Part shown: in pieces, positions 17,046-26,772 of the stretch
How positions within the stretch are numbered: position 1 is the first letter of the stretch
How the letters are laid out: every line of letters starts with the position of its first letter
From: a virus
Lineage: Duplodnaviria > Caudoviricetes
Direction: 5' to 3' (one strand)
DNA: 27,770 bases
IMG/VR virus record: IMGVR_UViG_3300012953_000169
Location: 1-27,770 of that record
Program-made: the position numbers and the translations under genes
Notes under the pieces: generated by a model
What the model was told of the DNA's origin: nothing
The model's input: only the letters and a program-made list of their open reading frames with translations
Databases searched by the model: none

Positions 17046-18683
17046 ATGTCTGCTTTCGTAACAGATCAATTCAGAATATTTAATGCGGGTAATTTCGTAG
17101 ATTCTGTACTAGACACTAATAATTCTTATTACGTTTTTCTGGGTCTTAGTAATCCTACATCACCCAGTCCTGGATTTGGTAGAACAAGTACATGGAATGA
17201 TGCTGCTGGGCCACCTAATCCCATCGACAATTTCTCATATGAGTCTCAATATGGTTCTACCTCACTTTTTGGGAAAAGAGTTGTTGGAGATAACATAAGA
17301 AGAGTTGTAAGAAAAGTTGAATGGACTAAAAATACATATTATGATATGTACAGAAATGATTATGATGTCAATAATAAAGCACCTAATTCTGGAACAGGTA
17401 GATTATATGATGCAAATTACTTTGTAGTTAATAGTGATTTTAATGTTTATATTTGCATAGAAAATGGTGGTTCTGGCGTTAGTGGTACTACAACATCTAA
17501 AGGTAATCAATCAGAAGATGAACCTACATTTACTGACTTAGAACCTACAGCTGCTGGAACTAGCAATGATGGGTATATTTGGAAATTTTTATTTACAATA
17601 TCTCCAAGTGATATCGTTAAATTTGATTCTACAGAATATATTGTTGTACCTAATGATTGGGCAACATCAACAAATTCTCAGATTCAAAGTGTAAGGGAAG
17701 CAGGTGATTCTACACTTAATCTTAACCAAATAAAAACCGTTTATATTGAAGATGGTGGAAAAGGTTATGCAGCAAATACAACTACAACTGTGGATATAAT
17801 AGGTGATGGTACTGGTGCGAAAGCCTCTGTAACCAGTGATGGAAATGGTACTATTAGTGATATAGTTGTTACTGCAGGTGGAAGTGGATATACTTATGGT
17901 ATGGTCAATTTGGGTTCATTTGGACAACCTACTGAAGGATTTCCTGCAGGAAGTGCTACAGCAATTCCTGCTAAGTTAATACCTATTATACCTCCTTCTA
18001 GAGGTCATGGATATGACATTTATAAGGAATTAGGTGCTGATAGAGTTTTGGTTTATGCAAGATTTGATGATTCTACAAAAGATTTTCCAACTGATACAAA
18101 ATTTTCTCAGGTTGGTATTGTAAAGAATCCATCAACATATACATCTGAAAATACTACTTTCACAGGAAGTCAATACTCATCTTTAGGTGCCATCAAAATT
18201 TTAAATTATTCTAGTTGGGATAGTACAAATCTTTCTATAGGCAGTACGATTACACAAGTTCTTCCTGATAATGCTGGTACTGCTAAAGGGTATGTTGCAT
18301 CATATGATAAGCAATCTGGAGTATTAAAATACTATCAAGATAGATCATTATACTATGAACAAACTAATAATAGAAATAATCAAACCGATTATATAGGTGT
18401 TGGTAGTGATGCTAATTCTAAACAATTAGCATTTGGAACATCTGGTAGTATTAAATTCTTATCCACACCAAAACCTACTGATGCATCTGTAGCAGTTGCA
18501 TTTACTGGTGGTACTATGGTTGATGGAACTAAAGAAGTGGATTTGGGAGTATACTTTACTAGCGGGCTCGCTAATCCTGAGATAAATAAAACAACTGGCG
18601 ATGTCATATACATTGACAATCGAAAGGAAGTCACTAGGGATAGTAGACAAAAAGAAGACATCAAAATTGTACTGGAATTCTAA
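17046..18683 (+). CDS. gp8: Baseplate wedge subunit gp8
   Basis: 545 aa with YYVFLG, PPNPID, RRVVRKVEW, YFVVNSDFNVYIC, DGYIWKFLFTI and the gp8-type C-terminus GDVIYIDNRKEVTRDSRQKEDIKIVLEF. Confidence 0.9.
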   Translation: MSAFVTDQFRIFNAGNFVDSVLDTNNSYYVFLGLSNPTSPSPGFGRTSTWNDAAGPPNPIDNFSYESQYGSTSLFGKRVVGDNIRRVVRKVEWTKNTYYDMYRNDYDVNNKAPNSGTGRLYDANYFVVNSDFNVYICIENGGSGVSGTTTSKGNQSEDEPTFTDLEPTAAGTSNDGYIWKFLFTISPSDIVKFDSTEYIVVPNDWATSTNSQIQSVREAGDSTLNLNQIKTVYIEDGGKGYAANTTTTVDIIGDGTGAKASVTSDGNGTISDIVVTAGGSGYTYGMVNLGSFGQPTEGFPAGSATAIPAKLIPIIPPSRGHGYDIYKELGADRVLVYARFDDSTKDFPTDTKFSQVGIVKNPSTYTSENTTFTGSQYSSLGAIKILNYSSWDSTNLSIGSTITQVLPDNAGTAKGYVASYDKQSGVLKYYQDRSLYYEQTNNRNNQTDYIGVGSDANSKQLAFGTSGSIKFLSTPKPTDASVAVAFTGGTMVDGTKEVDLGVYFTSGLANPEINKTTGDVIYIDNRKEVTRDSRQKEDIKIVLEF

Positions 18684-18689
18684 AGTAAC

Positions 18690-21600
18690 ATGGCAACAAA
18701 TAAAGATTTAAATATTAGCCCTTATTATGATGATTTTGACGCAAGTAAGAATTTTTATAAAGTCTTATTTAAACCAGGATTTCCAGTACAAGCTAGAGAG
18801 TTAACTACTCTACAGTCAATCCTGCAGAATCAAATAAAAGATTTTGGTTCTCATATGTTTAAGGAAGGATCCATGGTTATTCCTGGAAATCCTACTTTTG
18901 ATAATAGAGCTAATTCAATTAAAGTAAATTCTACTCAGTTTGGTATTGATGTATCTCTTTATACTAGTGAATTAATAGGTAAAACTGTAGAAGGACAGAT
19001 TTCTGGTGTATCTGCTACTGTTGATTTAGTAGCATTACCTGATGGTGGTGAAGTAGAAGATTTAACACTTTTTGTGAAGTATGAAAGTGTAGGTAGAAGA
19101 ATTCCTTCAGCAACAACATTTATTGATGGAGAATCTTTAATTGTCAGAGATAATGTAACATATGGAAATACCACAATTAATTCTGGTACTGCTGTTGCAA
19201 CTTTAATATCAAATAATGCTTCATTTATTGGATGTACTGCTTCTGTTTTATCTGGTGTATATTTTATTAGAGGAACTTTTGTAAATGTAACTCAACAAAC
19301 GATAATTTTAGATCATTATACAAATAACCCTTCTTATAGAGTAGGATTCCAAATTGATGAAACAATTATAAACGCAAAAGATGATCCTTCATTATATGAC
19401 AATGCTAAAGGATTTACTAATTATGCTGCACCAGGTGCTGATAGATTTAAGATTGGTTTAACTCTTACTAAAAAATTACTTACTGATAAGAGCGATACTG
19501 ATTTTGTTGAGATATTAAGAACAAGTGAAGGTACTATAGAACAGATTGTAACAAAATCTGAATATAATTTAATTAGAGATTGGATTGCTGGAAGAACATA
19601 TGATGAATCTGGAAATTATGCATTACAACCATTTGATGTTAGTGTTGCTAATTCATTAAATGATAGATTGGGTAATGGTGGACAATATTATGATGGAACA
19701 CTAACATCAAAAGGAAATGTACCATCTGATGACTTAATGTGTTATAAAGTTTCTGGTGGAGAAGCTTATGTAAAAGGTTACGATGTAACAACAGATGTTA
19801 CTAATACTTCAGATGTAGACAAACCAAGAGATACGGAAAAAATTGATAGTGCACTTGTTCCCTTTACTATGGGAAATAGTTTAGTTGTTAATAATCTTCA
19901 GGGCCAAGGGCAATATAGGGGAGTTGTAGATTTATATGGAGAATTGGGTCAAGCTACAAGTGCGGTTGGTATTATAGGGCAAGCAAGAATATATTCTATT
20001 AATCCTAGAACTTATAATTCATCAAATACACAAGAAACATCTACATGGGATCTTCGTTTGTATGATGTACAGACATATACTAGAATTGCATTAAATGATG
20101 CATTGACATCTAGTGGAATTACGACTGGATATCATGTAAGAGGTCTTAGAAGTGGAGCTGAAGGATATTCTGCTTCTAACGGAACCACCAATTCCACTGT
20201 AGGAGTTGGTAATACTAACTGGATCAATGTATCTCAAACTCAGGGTGAATTTATAAGAAATGAACAAATTGCTGTAAATGGGGTTACTGTCTCCAGATCT
20301 ATTCGTGATGTTGTACCATATTATCCTCGTGATGTTAAATCTGTAAAACAAGAGGCAGTATCACCATATACACAGATATTTACAGCTGATGCAGTTTTAC
20401 AATCTACTCTTGATCTTGGACCCATTAGAATAGCATCTAGTGTAGCTCAGTCTAGATTAAATGATTCATTTATTGGAATTAAAGTTGGTGATGTAGTTCG
20501 TATGGCTACAGGAGGTGGAACTGGATTAATCTACAATAAGATAGCATCTATTTCCAATGCAAGTAAGGAATTAAATCTTGCTGCTGCACCTGGTGCAACT
20601 GGTGTTTATGCTGGTGGTATTACTAATGCTGATTATGATAGTGCATCTATTGCATATTCAACTTTAAATACAAATAATAGTGGATTATTTGAAGTTCTTC
20701 CAGATAGAAATATATCTTCAGTAGATTTTGCTAATTCAACATTAACAGTTTCTGCACAAGTAACTGGACAATCAGTATCTGGTACAGGAATTACTGCTTC
20801 TATTTCTAATGTGAAAGATGGTGCTGGTGTAGCAATATCAACTGCATTTTTTGAAGGATTTAGTGATAGTAAGTATTCTGTTCATTATGGTAGTGGAAAT
20901 GATTTTTCATCACTAACCTCTAATCAATTTACTCTACTAAGTGGGGGATCAGAAGTATCATTTACAGGATTGAACAATGCTTCAGGGGCAGCAGTTGCAT
21001 CTGATAGCAATACTGTAATTAATGTAACTGCACAGAAACAAGGAATTCAAAGTAAAACTAAAAATTATGAAAGGAGTCAAATACTTTCTGTAGATAAATC
21101 AAGCAATGTTGGGTCAGGAAGTTCTGTTGCTAATTTAAATGATGGATTATCATATAATGGAACTGCATATGGTTTAAGAGTTCAAGATAATGAAATTTCT
21201 TTAAATGTTCCAGATGTAGCAAGAGTTTTAGCAGTTTATGAATCTACTGATGGAACACAACCAACTTTTGACAATTTTGAATTTACTTCATCTGCAACTG
21301 TTGGAACTAATGTAATTTTAGGTGAAAATTTTGAAGGGCAATCTTCTGGTGCTGTTGCAAGAGTGGTTACTAATAATACTACCACTCCATCATCTGGAGG
21401 AGCTAATAAATTAGGAATTATCTATCTTAATGATAGAAGATTTAGTGTTAATGAGATAGTTAGGTTTACTGAATCTAATATTAGTACTACAATTGAAGGG
21501 ATTAATACACAATCTACTGATGCAAATTATCAGGATATTACAAATTCATATTCACTTGATAAAGGTCAAAGAGAGCAATATTATGATTACTCAAGATTAG

Positions 21601-24600
21601 TTAGAAGAAAAAATGCTAATGTACCATCAAAAAGATTATTAATCGTATATGATTACTATGAGGTTCCTGTTGATGATACTGGAGATGTATTCTCTGTATT
21701 AAGTTATAGTCAGGATAGATATACCAATGATATTCCATTAATTGGAGAAAATAGAATAAGAGCAACAGATACTTTAGATTTTAGACCAAGAGTGGGAGCA
21801 TATGTTGGAGTTTCTTCTTCACCATTTGCATTTTCCACAAGATCTTCAGCTATTGAAAATTCTCCCAAATTCTTATTAGCATTTAATGAATCTACTATAT
21901 TAGGATATGATTATTATCTTCCAAGAATTGATAAGATATATCTAGATGTTAATGGTAAATTTAATGTAGTAAAGGGAGAATCTAGTAGAAATCCATCACC
22001 TCCTGTAGCATCTAACGATTCTATGGAGATAGCTACAATTTCATTACCACCATATCTTTATAATCCAAATAATGTCACAATAAATTTGGTTGATAATAGA
22101 AGATATACCATGCGTGATATTGGAACTCTTGAAGATAGAATAGAAAATTTAGAGACAGTTACTACATTATCTTTACTTGAGGTAAGTACGGAAGCACTAC
22201 AAGTTCAAGATTTCCAAGGAAGAAATAGATTTAAGAGTGGATTTTTTGTAGATAGTTTCAATACAGATTCTTTTGTTGACTTAAATTTATCTGAGATAAC
22301 TGTTGATACTGATAATAATTTAATAAGACCACTAGTGTCTAGAAATACGATTAGTAGTTATCTGATGCCAGAGTCGAGTATAATTGACTCTGAAATAGAT
22401 TTCGGAACAAATTATCCATTATATGATAGTAATGTTCAAAAAACTGGAGATTCTGTTACTTTAAAATATGATGAAGTTTTATGGGTTGATCAACCAAATG
22501 CAACAGGAGTTGAAAATGTTAATCCATTCCATGTAATTTCATTTACATCAGGAAATATCACTTTAAGTCCAGAGAGAGATACTTGGGCTAGAACTGTAAG
22601 AGTTGATGGAGGAGCTGCAGATCAAGCTCTTCTTGCAAGAGTCAGTCAAATTACCCGAAATACTAGTCAAGCAGATATTCGAAGTTTGATTAGTGAGATT
22701 CAAGATATTGGTAATATTAGATTAACCAGTAGTGTTCGTGATCTTGGGGATACTACAGTAGATCTATCTCAAAATTGGAATGGTGATTGGGTTGATAGAA
22801 GCACACAGGTAATCAGGAGTCAATCAGTAACTATTAGGGATGGTATCATTTCATCTGGTGATGATCAATTTATGAGATCACGAAATGTTTCATTTAGTGC
22901 TGTTGGGTTATGCCCATTCCAACCACATTATCAATTCCTTGATGGTAATTCAGATGTATTGTTTATTCCTAAGTTATTGGAAATTGCAAGTGATACTAGT
23001 CTATTAAATTCTGGTTCTTCTACTGCTTTTCAAACTGGAGAAGAGGTAAGGGGTTATAATAGTGCAGGTGAACAAATTATCTCCTTTAGAGCTGCAAAAT
23101 CTAACCATAAAGAAGGTGCTTATAATAATCCATCATTAGTATATGGTGGAAATCCATACAGTCCTTATGAGACAATACAAGCAGAATATACTAGTTCATC
23201 TAAAATATTAAATGTTGATACTTTAGCATTATCTCAAGAAGCACAAGGTCTTTATAGTGGATATGTAGAATTGGGAACTAAATTAGTTGGTTCAACTAGT
23301 GGTGCAGTTGCATACGTTAAAAATTTACAGTTAATTGTAGATGAATCTGGATATCTACAAGGTTCATTCTTCTTAAAAGATCCTAATGGCACACCACCAC
23401 CAAGTGTTATAATTTCTACAGGAAGAAAAACTTATAAGTTAAGTAGTAGTATTACTGATTCTGAAAATATACAAGGAAGTACATTAATTTCATCTGCCTC
23501 TACCGAATATGAAGCAGTGGGTACAGTTACTCGTACTGGTTCAATTGTTAGTATAATTGATAGTATTGAGAATCGTACTACAATAACTGACCGAGCAGAT
23601 CCCCTTGCACAATCATTTACTGTTGGTGGTGATATTAGTGCACCAGATTCTAGTAGACCTTCTACTAGTCAAGATGGAATATTCTTAACTTCAGTTGATA
23701 TTTTCTTTGCAAACAAACCAGGATTTGTTCCTACAGATAGTAAAGATGCAGCAACTCTTATAATCGGAGAAAGTAATGTTCAGAAGACTGTAACAGTTGA
23801 AATTCGAGAAGTGCAATTGGGAACTCCTACTTTAAGAAGACTTGGTAAACCAGTAACAATGACACAAGATCAAGTTGGGATTTCATCACTTGGTACTGTA
23901 GCAACTAATTGCAAATTCTCAGAACCCATCTACTTAGCTCCAGGTCAAGAGTATGCAGTGGTTATTCTTTCACCAAGTAGTAATGAATATGAAGTATTTG
24001 TTGCAACTATGGATGAGGAAACTTTAGCCTCTCAATCTATTCCTAATACAGCACCTGTTATACACACTCAACAGTGGGCTATGGGTAGTTTATTTAAGTC
24101 ACAAAATGGTAGTATTTGGAGTCCTAGTCAATTACAAGACTTGAAGATGAACTTGTATAAGGCCAAATTTACTTCTAATGAAGGAAGTGTATTTTATGCA
24201 AATCCAACTATAAACTCAAGTAATGGTTTTGGTAACCTTAATCCTAATCCAGTAAATACATTATCTAAGACTGGACAAATTGGTGTTACTACGTTCACTG
24301 CTGGAATAAGTACGTTTAGTTCAGGAACACCTATTGTTGGATCAACCAATAATGGAGTTATAGCATCACTTGTAGCAACAGGATGTGCTGCTGATTCTGT
24401 AGGAATTATGACTGGTGGTAGTAATTATGTTACTGCAACAGATGTGAATACTTATGCCATTACAGGTAAGGGTGTAGGATATAGAGTTCAAATTTCATCT
24501 GTTGGTGCTGGTGGTAATATTACTGGTATAGTAACAACGGCTACGGGAACTGGTTATCAAGTTGGTGATATTGTTGGTATTGTAACTGCTGCTTCTGCTG

Positions 24601-26201
24601 GTGGTCCTGGTCAAGGAACAAATGCTATCTTATCAGTTCAAGAGAGTAATGGAATTGATACTTTATTCTTAGAAAATATTAAAGGAACAAATGTAAGTGG
24701 GTCTTTCGCTGCAGGAGGAGACTTTAGATATAAGAATGGTGATGGTACAATATTAAATATGACTACTGGTTCTGGTCCTTCTATACGTACAGCATTAGCA
24801 TCAGATGGTATTCCAAATGATGGAGCACATATCTATATTTCTCAATTTGATCATGGAATGTATTCATCAAATAATAAATTAACTGTAACTAATGTTGAAG
24901 GTAATTCACATACAACTAATTTGGGTGTTACATTATCATCAACAGAACAGTCTACAATAAGTATTGCATCTACAGTTGGATTCTCTACTTTTGAAGGAAT
25001 TTCAGTAGCAGCATCAAATCCTGGATATATAAAAATTGAAAATGAAATTATTGCTTATAGTTCTGTCGGTGACGGAATACTTAACATTGCTACAAATGGA
25101 AGAGGTATTGATTCTACACTAGTTGTAGAACATTCAGACTTTGGTTCTACTACTGGATCTCAGATGCCATTTGTTCGGAAATATGAGTTAAATGGTGTAT
25201 CTTTAAGAAGAATAAACAAAGAACATATTATTTCAAATTATGATATTGGTTTTGATGATTATTATCTTCAAATAGATAGAACTGCTACTGGACCTGGTAA
25301 GGATAGATCAGCTGATGCTTCTAATGAACCACAATTATCATTTAATAATACTGGGTTCTTTGGTGGTAATTCTGTTAATATAACTAAGAATATCCAATAT
25401 GATTCAGTGGTACCAGTTTATAGTTTACGTACTCCATCATCACTTACTTCAGCAACTGCTTCAATTAGGACTGTTAGTGGGACTAGTGTTGCAGGTAATG
25501 AAATTTCCTTTGTTGATCAAGGATATTCAAGTGTCCAATTAAATAGAGTTAATCAATTGACTACACCTAGACTTGTATGTTCTAAGGTTAATGAAAATGA
25601 ATATCTAGGAAACATTGACAGAAACAAATCATTTATTACTAAAATTGATTTTAGTACAAGTAATGAGGATGTTTCTCCTATTCTTAATGCAAATGTAGCA
25701 CTTACTGAATTTAGAAGTAATAGATTAAATAATCCTGTTTCTGATTATGCAACTAATCCTGATGTAATGACTAACTTGTATGATCCTCATACTGCCATAT
25801 ATGTTTCAGAATTAGTACAATTAAATAAAGAAGCTGATGGATTAAAAGTTATTCTTTCTGCTGATAGACCTAGTTCTTCAGACTTTAGAGTTCTTTATTC
25901 TTTAGTAAGACCTAATGAAGAAGCCCTTGAAGAAAGATATATATTATTCCCTGGATATGATAATCTTAGAGATCAAACCGATGCTGATGGTTTCAGTGAT
26001 GTTGTAATAGATCCTGCTAATAATAGTGGTTTACCTGATGGTCAAGTTCCTGCAAGTTTAAATAATCAATTCTTAGAATATGAATTTACCGTAGATGATA
26101 TAGGTAATTTTACAGCATATAAAATTAAGATTGTAATGTCTGGAACCAATCAAGCACAACCACCAAGAATCACAGATCTACGTACAATCGCATTGAAATG
26201 A
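18690..26201 (+). CDS. Large virion structural protein, DUF4815/VrlC-like (2503 aa)
   Basis: N-terminus LNISPYYDDFD..FYKVLFKPGFPVQARELTTLQSILQNQI, followed by APGADRFKI, RTYDESGNY, DFRPRV, YYLPRIDK, NRRYTMRDIG, RFKSGFFVDSF, FMRSRN, DPLAQSF and GSLFKSQNGSIW. These motifs are typical of the protein that follows gp8 in cyanomyoviruses. Confidence 0.8.
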   Translation: MATNKDLNISPYYDDFDASKNFYKVLFKPGFPVQARELTTLQSILQNQIKDFGSHMFKEGSMVIPGNPTFDNRANSIKVNSTQFGIDVSLYTSELIGKTVEGQISGVSATVDLVALPDGGEVEDLTLFVKYESVGRRIPSATTFIDGESLIVRDNVTYGNTTINSGTAVATLISNNASFIGCTASVLSGVYFIRGTFVNVTQQTIILDHYTNNPSYRVGFQIDETIINAKDDPSLYDNAKGFTNYAAPGADRFKIGLTLTKKLLTDKSDTDFVEILRTSEGTIEQIVTKSEYNLIRDWIAGRTYDESGNYALQPFDVSVANSLNDRLGNGGQYYDGTLTSKGNVPSDDLMCYKVSGGEAYVKGYDVTTDVTNTSDVDKPRDTEKIDSALVPFTMGNSLVVNNLQGQGQYRGVVDLYGELGQATSAVGIIGQARIYSINPRTYNSSNTQETSTWDLRLYDVQTYTRIALNDALTSSGITTGYHVRGLRSGAEGYSASNGTTNSTVGVGNTNWINVSQTQGEFIRNEQIAVNGVTVSRSIRDVVPYYPRDVKSVKQEAVSPYTQIFTADAVLQSTLDLGPIRIASSVAQSRLNDSFIGIKVGDVVRMATGGGTGLIYNKIASISNASKELNLAAAPGATGVYAGGITNADYDSASIAYSTLNTNNSGLFEVLPDRNISSVDFANSTLTVSAQVTGQSVSGTGITASISNVKDGAGVAISTAFFEGFSDSKYSVHYGSGNDFSSLTSNQFTLLSGGSEVSFTGLNNASGAAVASDSNTVINVTAQKQGIQSKTKNYERSQILSVDKSSNVGSGSSVANLNDGLSYNGTAYGLRVQDNEISLNVPDVARVLAVYESTDGTQPTFDNFEFTSSATVGTNVILGENFEGQSSGAVARVVTNNTTTPSSGGANKLGIIYLNDRRFSVNEIVRFTESNISTTIEGINTQSTDANYQDITNSYSLDKGQREQYYDYSRLVRRKNANVPSKRLLIVYDYYEVPVDDTGDVFSVLSYSQDRYTNDIPLIGENRIRATDTLDFRPRVGAYVGVSSSPFAFSTRSSAIENSPKFLLAFNESTILGYDYYLPRIDKIYLDVNGKFNVVKGESSRNPSPPVASNDSMEIATISLPPYLYNPNNVTINLVDNRRYTMRDIGTLEDRIENLETVTTLSLLEVSTEALQVQDFQGRNRFKSGFFVDSFNTDSFVDLNLSEITVDTDNNLIRPLVSRNTISSYLMPESSIIDSEIDFGTNYPLYDSNVQKTGDSVTLKYDEVLWVDQPNATGVENVNPFHVISFTSGNITLSPERDTWARTVRVDGGAADQALLARVSQITRNTSQADIRSLISEIQDIGNIRLTSSVRDLGDTTVDLSQNWNGDWVDRSTQVIRSQSVTIRDGIISSGDDQFMRSRNVSFSAVGLCPFQPHYQFLDGNSDVLFIPKLLEIASDTSLLNSGSSTAFQTGEEVRGYNSAGEQIISFRAAKSNHKEGAYNNPSLVYGGNPYSPYETIQAEYTSSSKILNVDTLALSQEAQGLYSGYVELGTKLVGSTSGAVAYVKNLQLIVDESGYLQGSFFLKDPNGTPPPSVIISTGRKTYKLSSSITDSENIQGSTLISSASTEYEAVGTVTRTGSIVSIIDSIENRTTITDRADPLAQSFTVGGDISAPDSSRPSTSQDGIFLTSVDIFFANKPGFVPTDSKDAATLIIGESNVQKTVTVEIREVQLGTPTLRRLGKPVTMTQDQVGISSLGTVATNCKFSEPIYLAPGQEYAVVILSPSSNEYEVFVATMDEETLASQSIPNTAPVIHTQQWAMGSLFKSQNGSIWSPSQLQDLKMNLYKAKFTSNEGSVFYANPTINSSNGFGNLNPNPVNTLSKTGQIGVTTFTAGISTFSSGTPIVGSTNNGVIASLVATGCAADSVGIMTGGSNYVTATDVNTYAITGKGVGYRVQISSVGAGGNITGIVTTATGTGYQVGDIVGIVTAASAGGPGQGTNAILSVQESNGIDTLFLENIKGTNVSGSFAAGGDFRYKNGDGTILNMTTGSGPSIRTALASDGIPNDGAHIYISQFDHGMYSSNNKLTVTNVEGNSHTTNLGVTLSSTEQSTISIASTVGFSTFEGISVAASNPGYIKIENEIIAYSSVGDGILNIATNGRGIDSTLVVEHSDFGSTTGSQMPFVRKYELNGVSLRRINKEHIISNYDIGFDDYYLQIDRTATGPGKDRSADASNEPQLSFNNTGFFGGNSVNITKNIQYDSVVPVYSLRTPSSLTSATASIRTVSGTSVAGNEISFVDQGYSSVQLNRVNQLTTPRLVCSKVNENEYLGNIDRNKSFITKIDFSTSNEDVSPILNANVALTEFRSNRLNNPVSDYATNPDVMTNLYDPHTAIYVSELVQLNKEADGLKVILSADRPSSSDFRVLYSLVRPNEEALEERYILFPGYDNLRDQTDADGFSDVVIDPANNSGLPDGQVPASLNNQFLEYEFTVDDIGNFTAYKIKIVMSGTNQAQPPRITDLRTIALK

Positions 26202-26401
26202 AGAGGGTTAAAGGACACTCTCATCTTTATCGTGATGAGCAAAGTGGAGCTATTATTAACACAAATAATAAAGAGTATAATCAGAGATTGAGAACTTTAT
26301 CTCACTCTGATTCTCAAAAGAATGAATTGAAAAAAATGAGAGAGGATATTGATGAATTGAAAAATCTTCTTAAGAAATTAGTTAATGTAAAACAAACCTA
26401 A
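26198..26401 (+). CDS. Small hypothetical protein with C-terminal coiled coil (67 aa)
   Basis: ATGA overlap with the upstream gene. VKGHSHLYRD..SGAIIN is followed by a heptad-like ELKKMREDIDELKNLLKKL. Confidence 0.8.
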   Translation: MKRVKGHSHLYRDEQSGAIINTNNKEYNQRLRTLSHSDSQKNELKKMREDIDELKNLLKKLVNVKQT

Positions 26402-26404
26402 ATA
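26397..26404 (+). promoter_or_regulatory. Probable late promoter (variant box)
   Basis: CCTAAATA overlaps the stop of the 67-aa gene, 26 nt before ATG 26431. The TAAATA core matches the other two late boxes. Confidence 0.55.
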
Positions 26405-26430
26405 GGAATATAGAGATTCTGTGAGAATAC

Positions 26431-26772
26431 ATGGCTGCAGTCTATACTAGTAATTTAGTAATAAATACGGGAACTACTTTCTCTCAAAACTTTACATTAG
26501 AATCTGGGTCAGATGATTCAGCATTTGATTTGTCTGGTTATGCAATAACTGCTCAAATGAGAAAGTGGCGTGGAGCAACTACTAAAACAGATTTTACAAC
26601 TGCTATTCCGAGTCCTGCAACAGCAGGAAAAATCCTTATTAGTCTTACTGCAACTGAAACTTCTGCATTGAATGCAGGAAGACATGTTTATGATATTGTA
26701 ATTAGTATTAATGATACAAAAGAAGTTGTAGTTGAAGGTTCTGTACTTGTAAGGGAAGGGGTGACCAGATAA
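26431..26772 (+). CDS. Small beta-rich virion structural protein, possible fibre adaptor (113 aa)
   Basis: NLVINTGTTFSQ..FDLSGY...AQMRK..GKILISLTATET..L.AGRHVYDI..VVEG pattern, which looks like a BppU-N/Ig-like fold by eye. TAATG-coupled to the fibre gene. Confidence 0.7.
   Translation: MAAVYTSNLVINTGTTFSQNFTLESGSDDSAFDLSGYAITAQMRKWRGATTKTDFTTAIPSPATAGKILISLTATETSALNAGRHVYDIVISINDTKEVVVEGSVLVREGVTR

Noticed and set aside
6634-20351. Short minus-strand ORFs inside gp7, gp8 and the 2503-aa gene
   Set aside because: These are antisense shadows of biased codon usage in long + strand genes, with no independent expression signals seen.
4190-26201. Intein, intron or programmed frameshift explaining the giant ORFs
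   Set aside because: The frames are uninterrupted, and I saw no intein splice-junction, LAGLIDADG or HNH motifs by eye. A profile search would be needed to exclude a divergent one.
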